Assembly: GCA_964544705.1 (NCBI GenBank)
Contig: CAZJDA010000011.1
Coordinates: 21,620-85,619 of the forward strand
Length of the DNA stretch: 64,000 bases
Reading direction: 5' to 3'
Source of the DNA: an uncultured Bacteroidales bacterium
GTDB taxonomy: Bacteria; Bacteroidota; Bacteroidia; Bacteroidales; CAZJDA01
Shown: piece after piece, positions 47,834-56,120 of the stretch
Layout of the letters: each line of letters begins with the position of its first letter
Numbering within the stretch: the stretch's first letter is position 1
Position numbers and translations under genes: made by a program
The notes under the pieces: generated by a model
Told to the model about the DNA's origin: nothing
Databases searched by the model: none
Seen by the model: the letters and a program-made list of their open reading frames with translations, nothing else

Positions 47834-48912
47834 TCGATGCTATTTTCTTTGGCTTTTTTACGGGTAAGTAAAATAATGACACCAATGATGATAAAAGGTA
47901 TACTGAGTATTTGCCCCATATATAAAGGCAAATTATTTTCAAAAGGAACCTGGGCCTCTTTTACATACTCTACAAGAAAACGAAAGCCAAACAATGCTAT
48001 TAGAAACCACCCGAACAATTGGCCGTTTTTAAGCTGGCTTCTTTTTTTCAAGTATACAAGATAAAGGATAAAAAACAATAATAGATAGGCTAATGCTTCA
48101 TAAATTTGTGTGGGATGCCGTGGAATGGCGTGCATATCAAACGAAGCAATAAGTTTGTTATTTTTTTTTTCAAGTATTATTTGGGGTTCATGAAACACTT
48201 TAAAATTTTTTTCCATATCCCTGTCCATTTGTATCATAGGAATAACTTGTTTATGGATAAAGCTTTTCACCTGTTCGGGTTTTATGCGGCCCGAAGTAAA
48301 AGCTATTTTGGCATTTATAGGTTGGTAAGCATTACCATTAACGAGGGTATCTTCGCCAACTTGTTTTATTTCTGTGTAATGTATTAAATTTTCGTTAGAA
48401 GAAGTGAGAGACCTGTCAAATTCATTAACGAATAAGAAACCGCAGGAGAAAGTAGTTTTATCGCCAATGATTTCTGAGTTCATTAAATTTCCTGTGCGTA
48501 TAAGAGTGCCAACCAAGGCAACTACTATTACGACCCTGTCGAGCAGCCATAAAAAATTGAACTTGTGCTTTTTAACAAAGAGGAACAAAGCCAATAAAAT
48601 CCCAATAGCGCCACCGTGGCTGGCCAAGCCTCCTTTCCATATTTTTATCATTTCCAAAGGATTGGCTAGGTAGTAAGTTGGCTCATAGAACAAGCAATGT
48701 CCAAGACGGGCTCCAATCACGGTTCCTATGAATATGTAAATTGCCAATTTATCTAGAAGCTTTGCTGATAGCTTTTCCTTGATGAATACTTTTAACAAAA
48801 CGTAATAAGCAAATACAAATGAGAGCGCAAAAAGCAGCCCATACCATCTTACTTCTAAACCGCCCGCTTGAAATATCTCGGGGTCAACGTTCCAGGTAAT
48901 ATAACTTAACAT
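47830..48912 (-). CDS. lgt: prolipoprotein diacylglyceryl transferase paralogue with ~85-aa internal insertion
   Basis: 360 aa carrying the same Lgt motifs (VRWYGLLF, GARLGHCL, WKGGLASHG, GNLMNSEIIG, RHPTQIYEAL). An extra segment (FVNEFDRSLTSSNEN...LIASFDMHAI) lies between the last two motifs. It overlaps the downstream lgt by 4 nt (ATGA). Confidence 0.85.
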   Translation of the reverse strand: MLSYITWNVDPEIFQAGGLEVRWYGLLFALSFVFAYYVLLKVFIKEKLSAKLLDKLAIYIFIGTVIGARLGHCLFYEPTYYLANPLEMIKIWKGGLASHGGAIGILLALFLFVKKHKFNFLWLLDRVVIVVALVGTLIRTGNLMNSEIIGDKTTFSCGFLFVNEFDRSLTSSNENLIHYTEIKQVGEDTLVNGNAYQPINAKIAFTSGRIKPEQVKSFIHKQVIPMIQMDRDMEKNFKVFHEPQIILEKKNNKLIASFDMHAIPRHPTQIYEALAYLLLFFILYLVYLKKRSQLKNGQLFGWFLIALFGFRFLVEYVKEAQVPFENNLPLYMGQILSIPFIIIGVIILLTRKKAKENSIE

Positions 48913-48983
48913 GGTTAATAGTTTTTTAATTTAAAAAAATCCCCACAAAGATAAAATAAATGATTTTTTAAACAAGCAAAAAA

Positions 48984-49022
48984 AATAAACCCCTACGATT
49001 TATGGTAGAGGTTTATTTTTTT
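48984..49022 (-). terminator. intrinsic terminator after the 140-aa gene
   Basis: The minus strand reads AAATAAACCTCTAC-cataaatc-GTAGGGGTTTATTTTTTTT, a 12-bp stem with one mismatch followed by a T-run. Confidence 0.75.
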
Positions 49023-49035
49023 GTTTAGCTGCGAG

Positions 49036-49458
49036 CTATTGGATAAAAAAGTTAAATGTACTGCTTTTTTTATTGCTCAAAAGAATGTTCAGTTTGTAAA
49101 AATGGCCTTCTTTAAATGGCTCTTTTAGAGCGTCTTCTAAGAGTTTCGCATTAATTAGAGGTTTGTCCCATTCTTCTGTTTTCCAAATAATATTCATATC
49201 TTCAGATGTAACATCTACAATGAATATTTTTTCAATGGTAACGTCTTCTTCTAATTTCCAACGAATGTAGACTTCATCGGGGGAGTTGAATTTTTTTACA
49301 TCATAATTAACGGTAAAATCCAGTGCATCGTTTCCTCCAGCGCTCCTTGAGGGTTCACCGTAAGTAGCACTTTTGTAATCTACAGGTTGTTGCGAAAATG
49401 CTGTTCCAGCTATAAATAGGAACAATGTAATTGATAGTAAATAACGGAATTTTTTCAT
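49036..49458 (-). CDS. secreted hypothetical protein
   Basis: 140 aa with a signal peptide (LFLFIAGTAFSQ). No motif recognised. Confidence 0.6.
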   Translation of the reverse strand: MKKFRYLLSITLFLFIAGTAFSQQPVDYKSATYGEPSRSAGGNDALDFTVNYDVKKFNSPDEVYIRWKLEEDVTIEKIFIVDVTSEDMNIIWKTEEWDKPLINAKLLEDALKEPFKEGHFYKLNILLSNKKSSTFNFFIQ

Positions 49459-49556
49459 GGTATGTTTTTTTTTGAGATTAAACTTTCATTTGTTTCTGTG
49501 AATATAACAAAATTACAAAATAATTTCTCCTTTTTCAATATTCTGTAAACTTTTTA

Positions 49557-51173
49557 TTATTTTTTATTTATTAATATCCTTGTTAAAACATACAATAACA
49601 TTAATATACCGAGAAAAGTAAAAATTCTTCCTATATAATCTCCATATTTTACATAAAAAGGAATTCTATTATTCAATGGCATATTGCTTGCTAATACGGC
49701 TTTCTTTTGCCATTGGGACGATTCTATAATATTTCCTTTCGGGTCAATAACACATGACACACCGTTATAAGCTGCCCTTGCAATACTTTTCCGGGTTTCA
49801 ATAGCTCTTAGTCTTGCATAATGCAAATGTTGCTTATACCCGGGAGTTGTTCCCCACCATCCATCATTTGTTATTATAAAGAACATTTCTGCCCCATTTA
49901 GGACATACTTGGAAGTGAAATCACCATAAACGGATTCATAACATATAGATGCTGCAACTTTTATGCCATTGCTCCTTTTAAAAACGCTTCTTTGCAATTG
50001 GGTTCCATAGCTATATGTTGATGCCCCAATTTTCTCCATGAATTTTGGAAAAAAAGCATTGAGCCACGGAAGCATTTCTTTTTCGATACCAGCCACCAAT
50101 TTTGATTTGTGATAGAAACGAATTTCACTGTTTTTGCTATTGTTGGATAAAAAGATGGCGCTATTATAGGTATCGTACCATACATTTGCTTCTATCCCTT
50201 TTTGAGCAGTTGGCGAAGGTCTTGTTTTCGCTTTATAGTACTTTTTTGTTTTTGCTCCTGCAATGATGTTGAGCCTTGGGAATTCTTTCAAGAATTTCAT
50301 CAAAACTTTTATGTTTTTATTTTTCGTGGCCTTGTTTTCCGCTATTTTGCCAGGCATAGCATCCTCGGGAAGGACAAGGAAATCTGTATGCTCATCAACT
50401 CTTTTTTTTGCCAATTGTAAGATTCTTTGCATTTGTTCTTCATCGGAAAGTTCTCCTTGTTTTTTGCTGTATGAGTTATACCCTGGTTGCACAATAACAA
50501 TATTTGCTGACTTGCTTTTCACGTTTTTTTCTTGGTTGACAAAAAAGGAAATGATCAAGGGAGTAAGCAAAAAAACAGCAATAGAAGTAATCATTCTAAT
50601 ATTATAGTTTTTCTTTTTATGTTTAAAAACAACATTCTTTACCCAATGAAATATCAAAAGGTTCATAATAAGGATCCACAAAGTGCCACCGAGCATACCT
50701 GTATATTCGTACCATTGTATACAGCTTGTATAAGTAGAAAATCCGTTTCCGAGATTAAGCCATGGCCATGAAAGTTCCCAATTTAGGTGAAGGTATTCAA
50801 AACTTACCCAATAAATCATAAAGCCTAAATAAGCTTGTCCTGTTTTAGGTAAATTTCTTTTAGAAATGTGAAATACTTGCATAACAATGGCCATAAAGAG
50901 AGCATTTAGCAAAATGGCCGATAATGCCCCGGGAATTGTTGCCTTTGCTATCCACCAAGTAGTACTTGCATTAAAAATAAAAAACGTTAAAAAGCAATAG
51001 CCGAAAAAGTGGTATCTGCCATAATTAATCTTATTTAAAAATATCTCATGTTCTACCCATAGTAAAGGTACAAAAGCAAAGAATAATAGAAAAGGAAAAC
51101 CGTCTGCAGGCCAGGATAATCCAAAGAGTAGCCCGCTTATGATAGAAAGAAAAAGTAAAATTCGTTTGCTCAT
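49557..51173 (-). CDS. lnt: apolipoprotein N-acyltransferase
   Basis: 538 aa with an N-terminal multi-TM region and a CN-hydrolase domain (VLPEDA, SICYES, ITNDGWW). Confidence 0.9.
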   Translation of the reverse strand: MSKRILLFLSIISGLLFGLSWPADGFPFLLFFAFVPLLWVEHEIFLNKINYGRYHFFGYCFLTFFIFNASTTWWIAKATIPGALSAILLNALFMAIVMQVFHISKRNLPKTGQAYLGFMIYWVSFEYLHLNWELSWPWLNLGNGFSTYTSCIQWYEYTGMLGGTLWILIMNLLIFHWVKNVVFKHKKKNYNIRMITSIAVFLLTPLIISFFVNQEKNVKSKSANIVIVQPGYNSYSKKQGELSDEEQMQRILQLAKKRVDEHTDFLVLPEDAMPGKIAENKATKNKNIKVLMKFLKEFPRLNIIAGAKTKKYYKAKTRPSPTAQKGIEANVWYDTYNSAIFLSNNSKNSEIRFYHKSKLVAGIEKEMLPWLNAFFPKFMEKIGASTYSYGTQLQRSVFKRSNGIKVAASICYESVYGDFTSKYVLNGAEMFFIITNDGWWGTTPGYKQHLHYARLRAIETRKSIARAAYNGVSCVIDPKGNIIESSQWQKKAVLASNMPLNNRIPFYVKYGDYIGRIFTFLGILMLLYVLTRILINKK

Positions 51174-51288
51174 TGTTTTTTTGACAAAAATAACCGTTTA
51201 AATGATTTTTTTACTGTTTTACAAGGTTTTATTGCAGTATTCATTAAAAATATCCTATATTTATATTTTTATAATAGTTTTGTTGAAT

Positions 51289-52233
51289 ATGAACCCACTA
51301 ATTTACGTTGTAATAGTCAATTATAATAATATTGATGATTTGGTCATTACGATTAATTCATTTAAAAGGCAGAATTACTTTCCTTTAAGAATAATTGTAG
51401 TTGATAATGGCTCTAAACCTGAAATACTAGGAAAAATTGAAAAAATTGAAGATGTTTCAGTGTTGGCTAACAAAAACAATTTGGGGTGGGCTGCAGCTAC
51501 AAATATGGGGATTCAACATGCCATGTCACAAAAGGCTGAATATGTGATATTGGCCAATAATGATATTTTTATTGATGATTATACGTTGATCAACGTGCTG
51601 CTTAATAATTTCAAACAACTTGGCAATAAGAGCAATGCGAAAATTTTGGGAACTCGAATCAATGATTACAATAACATAGATTATACACATAATAGCGGCA
51701 AAATATTTTTTTATTCCTTAGAAAAAAAATCTCGTAAATTTAACCGTCACAGGTTGTCTTACATTCAAAATAATTCATTGCCAGAGCCCTTTAAAATAGT
51801 AGATTTTGTTGAGGGTTGTTTTATGATGATTGAATGTAAATTATTTAATGATATTGGTTTTTTTAAGGAAGAATTTTTCATGTATTATGATGAAGCTGAA
51901 TTCTGCTATAGGGCTTGGCAAAAGGGTTACCCGGCAATTGTTAATAAGAGTTTGGTTGTTTATCATAAGATTGCAAAAACTGCTGGAGAAAAATCCCCTT
52001 TCCAGGTATATTACCTTGTGCGTAATGAAATTCTATTTTTTAAGAATTATAAAAAAGATATATCATTCTTCTATAAAATAGCCTTGTTTTATCAAAATGT
52101 TTTATTATTAAAAAATATTCTTTTCTTCAAAAAGAAGAAAAGGTATGAAGGAAGCAAATATCGGCTGATAAAGGCATATATTTGGGCACATATAGATGCC
52201 GCAAGAAATGATACAATAAAACGATATATATGA
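51289..52233 (+). CDS. family 2 glycosyltransferase
   Basis: The ATG at 51289 (MNPLIYVVIVNYNN) is preferred to the upstream TM-like extension in the track. The protein also has VVDNGS and NNLGWAAATN. Confidence 0.85.
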   Translation: MNPLIYVVIVNYNNIDDLVITINSFKRQNYFPLRIIVVDNGSKPEILGKIEKIEDVSVLANKNNLGWAAATNMGIQHAMSQKAEYVILANNDIFIDDYTLINVLLNNFKQLGNKSNAKILGTRINDYNNIDYTHNSGKIFFYSLEKKSRKFNRHRLSYIQNNSLPEPFKIVDFVEGCFMMIECKLFNDIGFFKEEFFMYYDEAEFCYRAWQKGYPAIVNKSLVVYHKIAKTAGEKSPFQVYYLVRNEILFFKNYKKDISFFYKIALFYQNVLLLKNILFFKKKKRYEGSKYRLIKAYIWAHIDAARNDTIKRYI

Positions 52234-53198
52234 TCTCTTTTATTGTTATCGGCAAAAATGAATCAAAAACACTAAGTACTTGCTTAAAGAGTATTTTTAA
52301 TACCATAAGGGAAAATGCTATAGAAGAATACGAGGTCCTTTATATTGATTCAAATTCTAATGATGGAAGTATAGAGATAGCTAAATCATTCAAAAACATC
52401 CAAATATTCAAGATATTTAAAAACGAGAGCGCTGCTGCAGGCAGGAATATTGGCGCCAGCAATGCAAAAGGGGAGTATCTTTTTTTTGTTGATGGGGATA
52501 TGATATTACATCCGGGGTTTTTAACACAAGTTATTAATGAGCAAAAAGATTTGATATATGATTTTGTCACTGGGGAGTTTATTTATCATTTGTTAAATAA
52601 AGATGGTGAAGTAGTGAGGGAAGTGCCTTATTATACTATAAACGTAAAAGAAAAGGCGGTTTTAGATTCAAATGGTTGTTTTATAATTAAAAAACAGATA
52701 TGGAAGAATATTGGCGGTATGGATATAAGGTTTAGGGGAGCTGGTAGTGAAGATTATGATTTTTTTTTAAATGGTAGAAATAAAGGTTATGCACTTATAA
52801 GAATTAATAAAACAATTGCTGAACATTACATACTTCCCTATGAAAACCCGTTAAGGCAGTGGAAAGATTTATTCAATGGAAGGCAATTGCTAAAAAGAGC
52901 CTTTCTGTGGAGAAAAAATATCTTTAACAAGTATATGTACTACTTGTTTTTTAGGCAAGAGTATTCCCTTTTGGCTTTAGTGGTGTCCTTAATTTTAGTA
53001 TTAGCAACTCATTCTTTGGAATTACTATTAGTATATTTAGGTGTAATAGTATTAAGGGGTATATTAAAAAGCCTTCATTCTATTATTTCATTCCCTCATT
53101 TTGTTCTTTTTTATATAGTAAGAGATTTTGGAGTTTTTTTCACTTGTTTTTTATACAACTATCAATGCAGAAATCCTTTATATACAAAAATTCAGTGA
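52230..53198 (+). CDS. family 2 glycosyltransferase with C-terminal TM segments
   Basis: 322 aa with ISFIVIGKNESKTL, YIDSNSNDGS and FVDGDM. It overlaps the previous gene by 4 nt. Confidence 0.82.
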   Translation: MISFIVIGKNESKTLSTCLKSIFNTIRENAIEEYEVLYIDSNSNDGSIEIAKSFKNIQIFKIFKNESAAAGRNIGASNAKGEYLFFVDGDMILHPGFLTQVINEQKDLIYDFVTGEFIYHLLNKDGEVVREVPYYTINVKEKAVLDSNGCFIIKKQIWKNIGGMDIRFRGAGSEDYDFFLNGRNKGYALIRINKTIAEHYILPYENPLRQWKDLFNGRQLLKRAFLWRKNIFNKYMYYLFFRQEYSLLALVVSLILVLATHSLELLLVYLGVIVLRGILKSLHSIISFPHFVLFYIVRDFGVFFTCFLYNYQCRNPLYTKIQ

Positions 53199-53264
53199 TA
53201 AGTTATGCAATAGGAAATGCAAATTTAATTAAATTTGCCATTGTATATATGATTCAAGGGGTAT

Positions 53265-54332
53265 ATGAAGATATTTATTGATATTGGGCATCCACATGAA
53301 GTTCATTTTTATAAGAATTTCATCAAAAAAATGACTTTAAATGGACATGAATTTGTAGTTAGCGCTCGAAATAGAGATTGTATTTTTGAGCTTCTGAAAA
53401 AGAACAATATTGTATTTTTCAATAGAGGAAAAGGAAGTAATACTTTGATAGGAAAAATATTCTACTTGCTTAAAACAGATATATTGTTATATAAATTGGC
53501 TAAAAAGCACAATCCAGATATTTTTATTGGATTTGCTTCTTTTTACATTGCACACATATCATGGATGCTCAGAAAACCATCCATCCTCTTCAATGATACT
53601 GAACACAGTTTTCCTGTAAGACTGTTATACCTCCCCTTTTGTAATTCCATTATAACGCCCGAATCATATCTTTTAAACCATGGTAAGAAACATTATAAGT
53701 TCAAAGGGTTTAAAGAGATAGCTTACTTGGCAAAAGAATATCATTCTTCTAATCAAAACATCAAAAAGGTTTTAAATATTAGGGAAGAAGAAAAATATAT
53801 CGTTTTAAGGTTTATATCAAAAAAAGCTTTTCATGATATACTTTACAAAGGTTTTACCAAAGAAGAAAAGATTGAACTTGTACAAAAATTAGAACCTTTT
53901 GCAAGAATATTTATTTCATCTGAGTCTCCTTTACCTGATGAGCTAGAACCCTATAAACTTAACATATCACCTAGCCTAATCCATGATGTTTTGGAGCATG
54001 CAGCATTTTTTATTGGAGAAGGTGCAACTATGGCCGCAGAAGCTGCTATTTTGGGGATACCTTCAATATACAATTATATGAGATTTGGATATCTTCAGAA
54101 ACTTGAAGAAGAAAATCTTCTTACATATGCTAAACGTATTGATGAAATTATTGACCAAACAAAAAATACACTTAACACACCAGAAGTGTATGATATGTAT
54201 AAGAAAAATGCTGAGAAACTTAAAAATCAATGCATTGATATGGTAAAGTTTATGGAGTGGCTTGTTGAAAACCACCCAAATAGCCTTGAAATCCTTAGAG
54301 AAAACCCAGGCTATCAATATAAATTTAAATGA
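53265..54332 (+). CDS. DUF354 protein (GT-B-like, putative glycosyltransferase or epimerase-like)
   Basis: 355 aa. The N-terminus MKIFIDIGHPHEVHFYKNFIKKMTLNGHEFVVSARNRD is typical of DUF354. Confidence 0.75.
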   Translation: MKIFIDIGHPHEVHFYKNFIKKMTLNGHEFVVSARNRDCIFELLKKNNIVFFNRGKGSNTLIGKIFYLLKTDILLYKLAKKHNPDIFIGFASFYIAHISWMLRKPSILFNDTEHSFPVRLLYLPFCNSIITPESYLLNHGKKHYKFKGFKEIAYLAKEYHSSNQNIKKVLNIREEEKYIVLRFISKKAFHDILYKGFTKEEKIELVQKLEPFARIFISSESPLPDELEPYKLNISPSLIHDVLEHAAFFIGEGATMAAEAAILGIPSIYNYMRFGYLQKLEEENLLTYAKRIDEIIDQTKNTLNTPEVYDMYKKNAEKLKNQCIDMVKFMEWLVENHPNSLEILRENPGYQYKFK

Positions 54333-54339
54333 TCAAGTT

Positions 54340-55260
54340 TTGAAAGTACTTATTGTTTGCAGTGGTAATTTTGGTTATATAAAACCTTTTGTTAGTGAAC
54401 AAGTGGAAACATTAAATGAAATGGGAGTGCAAACTGAGTATTTCCTTATTGAAGGTAAAGGCATAACGGGGTATTTAAAAAACCTTAAACCATATAGAAA
54501 AAAAGTTAAAACAGAAAATTTTGACTTGGTCCATGCACATTTTGGATTAAGTGGTTTATTAGCTAACATGCAAAGAAAAGTGCCTGTTATTATTAGCTTT
54601 TTAACCGGAGAACAGTTGTTTTGGCATATAAACATTTTATCTTCAATTGCTTCAACATTATCAAGAAAAAATATATTTGTTTCTGAATCCACTTATAAGG
54701 ATATATTTATTAAAATTCGTTCAAAAAAAATAGTTATCCCTTTAGGAGTTCAAACAAATGTTTTCAAACCTGTTAGTGGAGATGTTGCAAAAAATGAAAT
54801 GAAAATTCCTAATGGAAAAATCAACATTCTCTTTGCATCTGATTTCACTAAAGAGAAGTTTTATAAAAATCCTAAATTGGCTTTTAATGCTATATCCGGG
54901 ATAGAAAATGTAAATTTTATTGAATTAAAAAATTATTCGAGGAACCAAGTAAACCTTCTTCTTAATGCAGTTGACCTTTTATTATTAACATCAAAAGTTG
55001 AAGGTTCACCAATGATCATTAAAGAAGCCATGGCCTGTAATTGCCCCATTGTTGCTACAGATGTTGGGGATATTAAAGAAGTAATTGCCGATACTGAAAA
55101 TTGCTACATCACTGGGTTTGATCCAAAGGAAATATCGCAACGAATATCCCAAGTTATAGAAAACAATCAAAGGACAAACGGGCGAAAACGTATTGAACAA
55201 TTCTATGATAACAAAATCATAGCACGGAAAGTCTTGGAAGTTTATCGATCTTTATTATAG
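54340..55260 (+). CDS. GT-B (family 4-like) glycosyltransferase
   Basis: The C-terminal motif is SKVEGSPMIIKEAMACNCPIVATDVGD. I favour the TTG start at 54340 (LKVLIVCSG read as MKVLIV...). The track ATG at 54262 would overlap the DUF354 gene by 71 nt. Confidence 0.75.
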   Translation: MKVLIVCSGNFGYIKPFVSEQVETLNEMGVQTEYFLIEGKGITGYLKNLKPYRKKVKTENFDLVHAHFGLSGLLANMQRKVPVIISFLTGEQLFWHINILSSIASTLSRKNIFVSESTYKDIFIKIRSKKIVIPLGVQTNVFKPVSGDVAKNEMKIPNGKINILFASDFTKEKFYKNPKLAFNAISGIENVNFIELKNYSRNQVNLLLNAVDLLLLTSKVEGSPMIIKEAMACNCPIVATDVGDIKEVIADTENCYITGFDPKEISQRISQVIENNQRTNGRKRIEQFYDNKIIARKVLEVYRSLL

Positions 55261-55273
55261 ACATTTATCACTT

Positions 55274-56056
55274 TTATTGCCTTTTAAGAAAGATAATTTC
55301 TTCTTGTGTAAGTAGTCTCCATTTTCCTCGCTTTAGGTTTTTCTTAGTGAGGCCGGCAAAAAAAACCCTGTCTAACTTGATGACCTTGTAACCAAAATGC
55401 TCGAAAATTCTTCGCACTATACGATTCTTACCGGAGTGTATCTCGATACCCACTTCCCTGCTGTCTTCCGAACTCTTATTATAAGCAATTTCGTCTACCG
55501 GGGTAAAACCATCATCTAATTCAACTCCATTGGAGATCTGTTCTAGGTCTTTCTTTTTCAATTTTTGATCCAAGGTAACATGGTATATCTTTTTTACATT
55601 GTATTTTGGATGCGTAAGTTTTTTTGCCATTTCGCCATCATTGGTAAATAAAAGCACACCCGTTGTAGCCCGGTCTAATCGGCCTACAGGATAAATTCGC
55701 TCATCACATGCATTATCAACTAACATCATCACAGTTTTCCTGTTATGAGTATCTTTAGCAGTGGTTATATAATCCTTAGGTTTGTTCAATAAAACGTAAA
55801 CATTTTTCTCCGGTTTAATGTTTTGGTTGTCTACTTTTACTTTATCTGTTTTTGTAATTTTGCTTCCTAATTCTGTAACAACTTCCCCATTTACCTGCAC
55901 AGCGCCGCTCTGAATGAGTTGATCCGCTTCCCGGCGTGAACAAATTCCTGAATTGGCAATATATTTATTAAGACGTATAGGTTCATTCTCTTTTTTTAGG
56001 AACCCACGGTTGTTACTTTTCCTTTGCCTTTTTTTATTGGATGGTTTTCGATTCAT
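55274..56056 (-). CDS. S4-domain pseudouridine synthase (RsuA/RluB family)
   Basis: 260 aa with a basic N-terminus and an S4 domain (RLNKYIANSGICSRREADQLI). The catalytic motif is GRLDRATTGVLLFTNDG. Confidence 0.88.
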   Translation of the reverse strand: MNRKPSNKKRQRKSNNRGFLKKENEPIRLNKYIANSGICSRREADQLIQSGAVQVNGEVVTELGSKITKTDKVKVDNQNIKPEKNVYVLLNKPKDYITTAKDTHNRKTVMMLVDNACDERIYPVGRLDRATTGVLLFTNDGEMAKKLTHPKYNVKKIYHVTLDQKLKKKDLEQISNGVELDDGFTPVDEIAYNKSSEDSREVGIEIHSGKNRIVRRIFEHFGYKVIKLDRVFFAGLTKKNLKRGKWRLLTQEEIIFLKRQ

Positions 56057-56120
56057 TATTGACTATTTAAATTCTTGTGATTTATAAATATTATTAGGTT
56101 CTAAGTTAACATGAACGATT

